64,000 nt of DNA from Hemiscyllium ocellatum (Eukaryota), in NCBI RefSeq assembly GCF_020745735.1, contig NC_083450.1:10661883-10725882 (forward strand), written 5' to 3'. A program made the position numbers and the translations under genes. Positions 49,291-61,179 of this stretch are shown in pieces. Every line of letters starts with the position of its first letter. Position 1 is the first letter of the stretch. The notes beneath the pieces were generated by a model. It did not search any database. It was given only the letters and a program-made list of their open reading frames with translations, and was not told the origin of the DNA.

Positions 49291-52200
49291 ATGGACCAAG
49301 CTAGACCGCGCAAAAATATTTCAAGAAGGTAGCCTCGACCCAAAATTTTATTTTGAAGGCAGATGTGAGGTGAATATTCCAGTTGTGATGGCACTGGTCA
49401 AATAACTTGGCATTAATCACATCAGAACTCACGTTTACGCGACAATTGAAAAATAGCTAATGCCTTTGTTGTTTGAATTTATGTATTGTTGGACATTGGA
49501 GAGCGTCTTGGAAAATCAACAAATAGTGAAATTCACAACTGATCTCAGAGGAACTGCTTGGGCGAAGTCACAGCACCGAAACTGATAAGTGAATAGCTTT
49601 AACTCGGAACAGTGTTTGTAGAGGAAATAGACCGGTGTTATTTTCTGGGTCTGTAGATTATAAAGGAGCAAAAATGGCCTTTAGCAGATTGATATGCGCT
49701 TCTTCTCAGATGTGGGAGTTTAAGGAGAGTTTACGGGTTACTGTGGATTATATCTGCAATAAATGTTGTTGGTTGCGAATCCTATCAGATCGAATGGATC
49801 GGTTGGAGAGACAGACGCAATATGGAATTTGCAACAGCAAACAGTATGTGATATTATAGGCAGTTATAGGACGGAGGAAAAGTCACAGATACGTCACATA
49901 GAGGGGTTAACTCCTGGAAAGGTAAGAGAGATAGGCAGTTAATGCAGGAGTCTTCTGTAGCTATCCCCATTTCAAACAAGTATGCTGTTTTGGAAAATGG
50001 AGAGGGTGATGGATTCTCAGGGAAATGTAGTGCGAACAGCCAAGTTTCTGGTATTGCGACTGGCTCTAATGCAATAAGGGACACGTCGGGTTCCAGGAGA
50101 TCAACTGTGTTAGGGAACTCTCAGTCCAAGGTACAGACAGACGTTTCTGTGGCCAGGAGCAAAACATCAGAATGAAGTGCGGTTCCCTGATCAAGGATGT
50201 CTGAGAGAGGATGCAAAATGTTATCAAGGGGTAGAGGGGCCAGCAAGATGTCATTGTCCACATTGGAGCCAACGACATAGGAAGGGAAAAGGTTGAAATT
50301 CTGAAGAATGATTACAGAGTGTTAGGCAGGGTCTTAAATACAGAGATCCTCGAGAGTAGCAATATCTGGATTACTCCCGGCACTATGAACTAGTGGCGGT
50401 AGGAAAAGAAGGTAGAAAAGATGTATTCATGGTTGAGGAGCTGGTGTATGGGAGAAGTATTCGCATTTTTGGATCATTGGAATATCTTTTGGTGTAGAAG
50501 TGACCTGATCAAGAAGGACGGATTGCACGAAAATTGGATGGGGACTAATATACTTGCAGGTAGATTTGGAGAGCTGCTCGGGAGGATTTAAACTAGTAAG
50601 ATGTTTTGGGGGATGGGAGACGGAGGGCAGTGGGACCCAGGGTGATAGTGAGGAAACAGATCAATCTGAGATTTGTACAGTTGAGAACAGAAGCGAGTCA
50701 AATAGTTTAGGCAGGCAGGGGCAAGGAAGGACAAATAAATTAAACTGCATTTATTTCATTGCAAGAGGCCTAACAGGGAAGGCAGATGAACTCAGGGCAT
50801 GATTAGAAACATGCGAGTGGGACATCATTGCAATTACAGAAATATGGCTCAGAGATGGGCAGGACTGGCACCTTAATTTTCCAGGATACAAATGCTAGAG
50901 GAAGGATAGAAAGTGAGGCAAGAGAGAGGAGAGAAGTGGCGTTTTTGATAAGGCTTTACTGAGGAAGGATATTCCCGGAAATACATCCAGGCAAGTTATT
51001 TGAATGGAACTGAGAAATACGAAAAGGATAACCACATTATTTGGATGTATTATAGATCCCCTAATAGTCAGAGGGAAATTTAGGAACAAATTTGTAAGGG
51101 TATCTCAGCTGTCCCTAAGAATAATAGGATGTTATGGTAGGGGATTTTAACATCCCAAACGTAGGTTGGGACTGCCATAGTGTTCAGGGTTTAGATGGAG
51201 AGAAATTTGTTAAGTATGTACAAAAACGTTTTCTGATTCAGTATGTGGATGCACCTATTAGAGAAGGTGCAAAACATGACCGACGCTTGGGAAATAAGGC
51301 AAGACAGGTGACTGCGGAGTCAATGGGTGAACACTTTGGCGCCAACGACCATAATTCTACTAGATTTAAAATAGTGATGGAAAAGGATAGACCAGATCTA
51401 AAAGTTGAAGTTCTAAATTGGAGAAAGGCCAATTTTGGCAGTGCTAGACAATGACTTTCAAAACTTATTTGGGGTCAGATGTTCAGAGCTAAAGGGGTGA
51501 CTGGAAAATGGGAAGCCTTTAAAAATGAGATAATGAGAATCCAGCGAAAGTATATTCCTGTTAGAGTGAAACGAAAGGCTGGTAGGTATAGCGAATGCTG
51601 AATGACTAAAGAAATTGAGGGTTTGGTTGAGAACAAGAAGGAAGCATGTGTCATCGAACAGGATAGATCGAGTTAATCCTTAGTAGTGTACAAAAGCAGT
51701 AGGATTATATTTAAGAGGGCAATCAGGAAGGCAAAAGGGGCCATGAGATAGCTTCGGCAGATAGAATTACGGAGAATCCAATGGGTTTTACGAACACATG
51801 AAGGTCAAAAGGGTAACTAGGGAGATAATAGGTCCCTTCATAGATCAGCAAGGTGGCCTATTTGTGGAACCACAGAAAATGGGATAGGTAGTTACTGTGG
51901 AAAAGGACATGGCACATATAGAATGTCGGGAAATCGATGGCGACATCTTGAACAAAATGGCCACATTACAGACGAGGAAGCACTGTATGTCTTGAGATGC
52001 ATAAAGGTGGGTAAATCCCTGGAAGCTGATAAGGTCGAGCTTAGATCTCTGTGGAAAGCGAGGGAATTGATTGCTGGGCCTCTTGCCGAGATATTTGTAT
52101 CATTAATACTTACAGGTGAGATGACAGAAGACTGGAGCTTGGTCAACGTGGTGCCACCGTTTACAAAAGGTGGTAAGGACAAGTCAGGGAACTATAGACC

Positions 52201-52589
52201 AGTGAGCCTGATGTCGGTGGTAGGTAAGTTGTTCTAGGGAATCCCGGGGGATAAGATGTGCATGTATTTGGGAAAGGCAAAGACTAATTAGGGATAGTCA
52301 ACATGGCTTTGTTCGTGGGAAATCATGTCTCACAAACTTGACTGAGTATTTTGAAGAAGCAACAGAGAGGATCGATGAGGGCAGAGCAGTAGATGTCATC
52401 CCTTTGGATTTCAGTAAGACATTCGATAATGTTCCCCGTGGGAGATTGGTTAGCAAGGGTAGATCTCATGGAATACAATGAGAACTAGACAATTGAATAC
52501 AGAACTGGATCAAAGGTAGAGGGTGTTGGTCGAGGGTCGTTTTTCAGACTGGCGGCCTATGACCAGTGGATCGGTGCTGAGTCCACTAA

Positions 52590-53409
52590 CGGTCATCGTT
52601 GTGGCTCTGTTCGCCGAGCTGGGAATTTGTATTTCAGACGTTTCATCCCCTGTATAGGTGACATTCTCAGTGCTTGGAAGCCTCCTGTGAAGCGCTTCTG
52701 TGATTTTTCCTCCGACATTTACAGTGATTTGTATCTGCTGCTTCCGATTGTCAGTTCCAGCTGCCTGCTGCAGTGGCCGGTATATTGGGTCCTGGTCGAT
52801 GTGCTTGTTGATTGAATCAGTGGATGAGTGCCATGCCTCGAGGAATTCCCTTGTTGTTCTCTGTTTGGCTTGTCCTATAATAGTAGTGTTGTCCCAGTCG
52901 AACTCATGTTGCTTGTCATCTGAGTGTGTGGCTACTAAGGATAGCTGGTCATGTCGTTTCATGGCTAGTTGGTGTTCATGGATGAGGATCGTTAGCTGTC
53001 TTCCTGTTTATCCTATGTAGTGTTTTGTGCAGTCCTTGCATTGGATTTTGTACACTACATTGGTTATGCTCATAGTTTGTGCACTACTATTATAGGACAA
53101 GCCAAACAGAGAACAGCCAGGGAATTCCTGGAGGCATGGCACTCATCCACAGATTCAATCAACAAGCACATCGACAGGACCCAATATACCTGCCACTACA
53201 GTGGACAGCTGGAACTGATAACCGGAAGCAGCAGATACAAATCACATTTAATGCCAGCGGAAACATCACAAAGCGCTTCACAAGAGGCTCCCAAGCACTG
53301 AAGATGTCACCTATACAGGGAACGAAACGTCTGCAACACAAATTCCCAGCTCAGCGAACAGAACCACAACAACGAGCACCCGAGCTACAAATCTTCTCCC
53401 AAACTTTGA
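52590..53409. mobile_element. Inverted pair of Penelope (Poseidon-type) 3' ends inserted in the CR1
   Basis: The minus copy (~52590-53083) and plus copy (~53084-53409) share ~300-bp arms. Candidate TSD ACTAA at 52585-52589 and 53410-53414. Confidence 0.88.
53295..53334 (+). ncRNA. Minimal hammerhead ribozyme-like motif, stem II damaged
   Basis: GCA-CTGAAGA-T-GTCAC...GGAAC-GAAAC-GTC-TGC: intact core, palindromic ACGT stem III, 3-bp stem I. Confidence 0.5.
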
Positions 53410-54724
53410 ACTAATGCTCATCATTTATATAAATGCTTTTTATTTGAGTATGAGATGTATACTTAGTAATTTTGCAGATGACACCAGCATTGGAGGTGTA
53501 GTAATGTGCTTTCCTTTATTTGTAAGAGTGAGTACAGGAGTTTGGAGGTCATGTTGTGGCTGTACAGGACATTGGTTAGGCCACTGTTGGAATATCGCGT
53601 GCAATTCTGGTCTCCTTCCCATCGGAATGATGTTGTGAAACTTGAAATAGTTCAGAAAAGATTTGCAAGGATGTTGTCAGGGTTGGAGGACTTGTGCTAT
53701 TGGGAGAGGGTGAACAGGCTGGAACTATCTTCCCTGGAGCATCAGAAGTTGAGGGGTGACCTTGTAGAAGTTTACAAAATTATGAGGAGCATAATTAGAG
53801 CATAAGTAGATAAAGTGTTTTCTTTGGGGACTTGGGAGTCCAGAACAAGAGAGGCATAGATTTAGGGTGAGAAGTAAAAAATGTAAATGGGAACTAATGG
53901 GCAACGTTTTCATGTAGGCGGTGGTACATGTATGGTATAAGCTGCCAGAGGAAATGGTTTAGGCTGGTAAAATTGCAACATTTAAAAGGCATCTGGAGTG
54001 TATGTGAATAGGAAGAGTTTGGACGGATATAGGCTGGGTGCTGGCAGATGGGATTAGATTGAGTTGGGATATCTGGTCGGCATGGACGGGTTGGACTGAA
54101 GGGTCTGTTTCCGTGCTGTACATCTCCATGGCTCCTTGACTCTATGACAAACAAAAGAATTTAGAATAACTTACCTTTTTAGAAAATCAACCTGCTCGGT
54201 TGCACAACTTAACTAAGAAGCTGTTCCAATACCTGTAACATGCCACAAACAGACCCCTTTATAAAAAATACAGTTTTTTGCAGGCAGGAGAGATTTCAGT
54301 GAGAAAGTCAGGAAGGGATCAATTGCTGAAGCATGGACCCTTTTCACTTCAGGACCATCTCTGCTGCAACAAAACCAAAGTAGAAAATAGAGAAGTTAGA
54401 GAACTTGCCACTCCCCTGCCAGATTCCTCCTGAAGTGCTTTAGTCCTCAATGTCCCTGCTCCTTGTTCATTGCTTTACCTGCTGGTCTTCTCCAACGCCA
54501 ACCTTTTCAACTCTAGTCTCCAGTAACTGCAGTCCTCACTTTCTCCCACTCCCCTGTCAGTGTTACACTTGGTTCGTTCGAGACAGTTCAGCACCTCTGT
54601 CTTTTTGATCTCTCTTTGGAAAAAAAATGACAATTTAACCTATTAAAGGGACAGCATTGCCACATCCTAACAAACCATTTTATACTTGCCTTTAAATAAC
54701 ATAAAAGTTAATATCTCCTTTCCT

Positions 54725-56115
54725 TACTTGAAAGCGGTTGCATGCGCCCCAGCTATGCCTGCCTCTTTGTAGGGTATGTGGAACAGTGCATCTTCCGCAG
54801 CTACACTGGCACCACCCGCCACCTTTTCCTCCACTACATCGATGACTGTATCAGCGCTGCCTCGTGCTCCCACGAGAAGGCTGAACAGATCATCCACTTT
54901 ACCGATACCTTCCACCCCGACCTCAAATTTACCTGGACCGTCTCAGACTCCACACCCCCTTCCGAGACCTGTCCATTTCTATCTCGGGCGACCGAATCAA
55001 CACAGACGTTTACTATAAACTGACCGACTCCCACAGCTAACGAGACTACACTTCCTCCCACCCTGCCCCCTGTAAGAACGCCATCCCAGATTCCCGATTC
55101 CTTCGTCTCCGCCGCAGCTGCTCCCAGGAGGACCACTTCCAATACTGTACAACCCAGATGGCCTCCTTCTTCAAAGACCACAATTTCCCCACCAGACGTG
55201 ATCGACGATGTCTTCTACCGCATCTCCTCCACTTCCCACTCGTCCGCCCTTGAGCCCCGCCCATCAAATCACCACCAGGACGGAACCCCACTGGTCCTCA
55301 CCTACCACCACACAAACCTCCAGATACATCGTGTCGTCATTTCCGCCACCTCCAAACGGACCCCACCACCACGGATATATTTCCCTCCCCTCCCCACCAG
55401 CGTTCCAAAAAGAGCACTCCCTCCGTGACTCCCTCGTCAGGTCCACACCCCCCACCCCGGGACCTTCCCCTGCAACCACAACAAATGCAAAACATGCGCC
55501 CACACCTCCCCCTTACTTCCCTCCAAGGCCCCAAGGGATCCTTCCATATCCACCACAAATTCACCTGCACCTCTACACACATCAGTTACTGCATCCGCTG
55601 CACCCAATGTGGCCTCCTCTATATTGGGGAGGCAGGTCATCTACTTGTGGAACATTTCAGAGAACACCTCTGGGACACCCGGACCAACCAATCCAACCAC
55701 CCCGTGGCTCAACAAGTCAACTCCCCTGGCTAGAGGAAGAGCGCCTCATCTTCCGCCTAGGAACCCTCCAACCACAAGGGATGAACTCAGATTTCTCCAG
55801 TTTCCTCGTTTCCCTTCCCCCCCACAACCTGGTTTCAGTCAAATCCCTCGAACTCAGCACCACCTTCCTAACTAGCAATCTTCTTCCTGACCTGTCCGCC
55901 CCCCACCCCGACTCTGGCCTATCACCCTCACCTTGACCTCCTTCAACCTATCGCATTTCCAACGCCCCTCCCCCAAGTCCCTCCTCCCTACCCTTTATCT
56001 TAGCCTGCTGGACACACTTTCCTCATTCCTGAAGAAGTATTCATGCCCAAAACGTCGACTCCCCTGCTCCTTGGATGTTGCCTTACCTGCTGCGCTTTCA
56101 CAGCAACACATTTTC
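54725..56115 (+). mobile_element. Penelope-like element (Neptune type), 5'-truncated
   Basis: RT MRPSYACLFVG...LHYIDD and GIY-YIG KFTCTSTHISYCIRCTQCGLLYIGE. The 3' end has a decayed hammerhead-like motif (~56025-56060). Confidence 0.92.
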
Positions 56116-56139
56116 ACATGCTGTAGTTTGTAACACATA

Positions 56140-59100
56140 TTGGTAGAATCCTCGTTGCGTTTTCCTTTGATGTTGCTTTACATTATCAACTTAGCTTTGG
56201 AGCCGTTGGAATGCGAATTGTGAGCTGAAGATGATCTTTCCATTGTGGATATCAGTTAATGTTTGAAAAACAGAACAGGCCAAGCAAACTGTAGTTTACT
56301 TGTGAGGCCAGCCTGGAAGTTAATTGCAGTTGGTTTTTGACCAACAAGTTATTCGGACTCGTCAACACCAGAGAAGAGCAGTCTGTTTCAGCAGATAACA
56401 GATAACGGCGCTTACTAGGGTCAGTACGTGGGGATTGGTCACCGATTTAATAGGATAAGCTTTGTGTTCAAGCAGATGTTAAATGTTGACTGTTAACTGG
56501 GACCTTGTTGAGGGGCGGCACGGTGGCACAGTGGTTAGCACTGCTGCCTCACAGCACCAGAGACCTGGGTTCAATTCCCGACTCAGGCGACTGACTGTGT
56601 GGAGTTTGCACGTTCTCCCCGTGTCTGCGTGGGTTTCCTCCGGGTGCTCCGGTTTCCTCCCACAGTCACAAAGATGTGCGGATCAGGTGAATTGGCCATG
56701 CTAAATTGCCCGTAGTGTTAGGTAAGGGGTGAATGTAAGGGTATGGGTGGGTTGCGCTTCGGCGGGTCGGTGTGGACTTGTTGGGCCGAAGGGCCTGTTT
56801 CCACACTGTAAGTCTAATCTAATCTAACTGGTCAGTGTGAAATGGAGAGGCCAAAGTTTGACCCTGGAATTAAACTGTGTTCTCTGTGTGAAGGAATGTG
56901 GCTGTTGATGCTGCAGTCTGTGGAGTTAAACATTCCCTGTCCAACCTGCAACTAACAGTTATTTGATGTTCAGGCAATAGAAATTTAGTTATGAATATCA
57001 CTGACCTCCTCAGAATGAACCGAGAAGCTAGGCCTAATGAACATCTTCAGGAAAGATGTCTGTTGAACAGTACCTCATGTAAAATCTTGGCATTCTAGTC
57101 AATTTTGTTAATTTCTTTTTTCTAATCCCTTTGCAATGTTTGCTTGTCTTTAATGTCTTTTGTGTGAATGGGATGGAAAACAAAGGTTATCTGGTTTAAA
57201 TCATAGACATCACTTAGATTGCTTTGTTGCTTTAATTTGATGTTCTAAAGTTAGTTTGAATTTTGACTTATAATTTATTATTTTCACATGTACTTAGATG
57301 CAATAAAACAGTATCGTTTTGTGTACTAAACTGGAAAATCATCGATTGTAAAAAACCGTCAGGCCAATAGAATGGAATGCAAACTGTCGTGTTACAGTTA
57401 CCGAAAATGTACCGAGAAAGATCAACTCTAATGTGTGCAAGTTCTGTTCATATGTCTGATAAGACAGTGGAAGAAGCTGTTCTTAAATTTGTTGGCAACA
57501 TGTTTTCAAGCGTTTCAATCTTTTGCCCATCAGAAATAGATGGAAGAAATTATAACCAGGGTGGTAGATGTTTTTTAGAAACATATTGTGGCTGCTGTCC
57601 CGAAGCACTGGGTAGTGAAGATGGATTCAATGGAAGGAAGGATGTCTTTTGTATAATTTCTTGCTGTCTGGTACAGAACAGTTACCGTTTCATGCTCTGT
57701 TGCGTCTGGACAGGGTGTTTTCTACGTTGCATCTATAAAAATTATTGAGATTCACTGTGGACATGATGAGTTATCGGAGTCTTCTGATGAAGTAGAGTCA
57801 ACATTGATACATTGGGGTAGATTGTTGATGATATGTATGTCTAGAAACTCGAAGCTCTCGGCGACTGCGACACAAGAACGATGGATCCAGACAAGGGCTG
57901 ACCTCCACTCCACTTCCTGATGTCGATGACTCACCTCTTCATTTTGCTGAAATTGATAGTTGTCTTTCCGCTGTTTAGCTTGCCTAATCAGCATTAAAGT
58001 GAGACCATAAGCTCGCACAATGGTTGATTTGAGAAGGAGCTATCTCAAGGTAATAGGATCTACTTTGAACAAAGAATTTTCTAAATTAACATGAAGGGAG
58101 TTCGGCACAAACAGCAACTGTAGAGTTCTGTATGAAATAATGTCTTAGGATAAGCCTAAGCATGGACGGCCTGAATTTCTTCAAATCCTGCTTGTTGTGT
58201 TGTCCGAACCTGATGCTGTCCAAATCGATTTCGAGCGTCCGATTTTTTTTTGTCTGTAATTAAGTTTGTGGGAAGCATTAAAGAGAACAGTAGGACACAC
58301 CAATAAAAGACACAGATGATAACTGTGGGATCATAACTCGTAAACAATCTAGGAAATCAAACAAATTCGTTAACCTTTGGAAGTAATTGAGTTTTAGACT
58401 TATTTAAGAAAAAAATGATGTCTTATTAGGTAAAAAGAGTTAGTCAGAATAGTGCCAATAAATTGAATCCAAGAAGACAGTATTTGTCTAGAATGAGTTA
58501 TAATGCAAAATACACAGGAAGTAACTAACTGAGCCTCCGATATTAGGTGAGACAGAAAACACTCACAACTCAATAGTTAAACAATGTTCAGAGGACGTGT
58601 AAACTTAAAAGATAACACATACTTAACTGTATAGAAGAACAAATAATGTGAACTGTATAGCAATTATTGTAAAGACTAACTTCATTCGGTATTCCCGGTG
58701 ATTAGGATCGCGGGAAACATAAGATGAGCAACAGTATTTGATAGGGATATCAATTAATAAATGAATATCATAATTCAAACAATGCTTAGAGATGAGCAAT
58801 TCTGGTAAATGTCCAGAGGAATATCAGCATGCACTTTGGAATGCGAATTAATGGGATACATTGTAAAATCTCAGAAATGATGATTACAATGTCTGGTAAA
58901 CATCATGAGATGGTGGGGAACCTCGGCCTGCTCACAGGGGCGTCCATCATTGATCAGGTGTTTAACAGAACTTGTTGTCCAGATAAAAGTGCAAGGACCT
59001 ACGACAATGTTGCATGCAATTATTTTAATGCAAAATGTATAGAAATGCTCTATCCCCCGAGGCACATTAAAACGTAGTTGAAATCTCTTCTGGTCTGAGA

Positions 59101-61130
59101 TGAATATTAAGAGAGCAATTGGCTACCACAGATTGGCCAGATTCGGAGTGCTTCTGGGCCTCTCCCGAACCTGTTATAAAGAGCTCGAATCGTGATTGAT
59201 TGTACTTCTGTACACAGAACACAAGGCTGTTTTTTGTCTCTTTCCCCAATAACACCATGTCTCGAAGCTATCTGTCACTTTCCTGTACTCTGTCTCGTCT
59301 TTTCAGCTTTGACCAACTCCAGTGGTATGATCACTGCTGAATTTCGCCTCACAGTCGGGACAGTGTAGTAAGTATAGAAGCGGGGGTCGGGGATCACATA
59401 GCCCCGCGGATCTTGAGCATTTTAAATTATTGCGGAGGAAGAATTGTTGCCTGTCCTTACTAACTTCGTTCCGTGTGTTATGAAATCAAGGATCTAAATG
59501 CGTAGTCCTCATTCTCGAAGTTTGGAGACGAATTTAGTTGCAATGATCATGTGCAAGGTGGAGCTAAAGTCAATAAATGGCAGTCTATCAGAAGTGTATT
59601 CCCTATATGTTCCAACTAAATTGGTGTCTTGTGTTTATGCAACAGCCTCAGTGTCTAGATTCATTATTTGTATGTCATGGCACTGGTTATGCAAAACATT
59701 TTGCTAGAAACTATTTGAGTATATTCACAGGGCGTGTGAAGTTTTAAATTTTACTAGGTTGCAAGCAAACAGCTGAAAATGTTGATATGGCTCAGGTGCC
59801 TTTCTCAGTGTGGTAATGATATGTTCATCTTAATTTATCATAGTTCCATAAGATCAGGAAAGATTGCATCAAACTGTAAAGCAGCAATTATCTTTACTTC
59901 AGATTTGAGGGAATATATATAACAGGAAGTTATTGGCTTCTATAACAGGGAAGTCGTTTGAACCTGTCATAAAAAAAGTATGACTGCATATCTCTGGTCG
60001 CACTCATGATTTGCTGAAGTGAAGACGAAATCACGTTCAACTAGCGAATAAGGCAACTAAAGTATTTCCATCAGTTGTGAAAACACATGGGAGTCACTGC
60101 ATATAATTATTTCACTTCTTCTCGTCAGTGTTCTGTTTGATCTATCGACACATGTCATTACTTTAAAACTTCACATATATTAAATTGAGAATTGCGTACT
60201 CTTATATTGCCTTCAAATATGTTGAGTGCATTTAAGCTAATTATACAAATTGTTCAGAGAACGAAAACAGCTCGTTTGCATTATTGTTTTATTGAATTTG
60301 TAAGTGGTGTTAAGAAGTCTTTTTCTAAAAAAAAAATCACGTATCTATTTTTCACTGGAGTACTTTCACAACATCATGGGAATTTAAAACAGGAATCAAA
60401 GAATTTAGGAACACAATAATGGAGAAATGATTGCTGAAATGTATTTGTAGATGGAAAGAGCAGATGTTATATCCGTACATTAGGGGATAATTCGACATTT
60501 CATCATAATTCAACTCAAATATGCAGGAATGTTTAAACATACTGAATGGTCAAACCGAACATTTCTGAAATTGTATTCAATTCTAGTTCGAGGACAATTA
60601 TACAAACTAATCGTGACAAGTCCCACGAATCTTTGTTTGGGAAAGTGTGAAACTGCATGTGTAAGGTACTGTTGATTAATTATGTTAAGAGACATTCTCT
60701 TAACTGAACTGAACATTTTTATGAAGTACTGTTTTAATTGTAAGATGTGTGAAGAAACGTACTTCTATGCTGCACGTCACTAAAGGTATGAACAATCGAC
60801 ATAATCCCAGAATCTTTGACAATTTTGATCCAACAATGATTTACTTTGAGAAACCACTTGAAGCTTCAATTCAGTGCTGCAGCAGACAATTATGAAATTC
60901 AGTAATGAAGCAAATTTAGTCAAATTTTGTCCAAACATGTATCGTAAAAGAACAGGCATCAAGAACGACTGGCATACACTACAAAATATGTTTCTAAACA
61001 TTTAAAAGGTGTTTTGTGAATGTGCAGACACAGAGGTGGTCGCTATCTTAACCTCGCTGTTAGGATGCATGGTCGACACAAAACTTAAAAAGAAATTGGA
61101 GATCATATTTCTTTGTGCATTTCAGGCCTA
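56140..61130 (+). repeat. Segmental duplication, copy B (paralogous to 20570-25410)
   Basis: Same anchors as copy A, in the same order and orientation, with an offset of ~35.6-35.9 kb. Confidence 0.85.
56513..56826 (+). mobile_element. HE1-type V-SINE, young
   Basis: Complete head, V-domain and gtctaatctaatct tail. Confidence 0.95.
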
Positions 61131-61179
61131 TTGATCTGACAGAAATAATTAGGAACAGACTGTTTTAGAATACAACAAA

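Larger units (their letters stand above)
49545..54148 (+). mobile_element. Near full-length CR1 LINE (ORF1 and ORF2), inactivated
   Basis: ORF1: zinc-finger/coiled region YICNKCC...DRMDRLERQ and an SGNH-esterase-like region. ORF2: APE endonuclease (LNCIYFIARGL, AITEIW, VGDFN) and RT (NYRPVSL, SQHGF, FADDT). 3' tail gactctatgac. Many stops. Confidence 0.93.
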
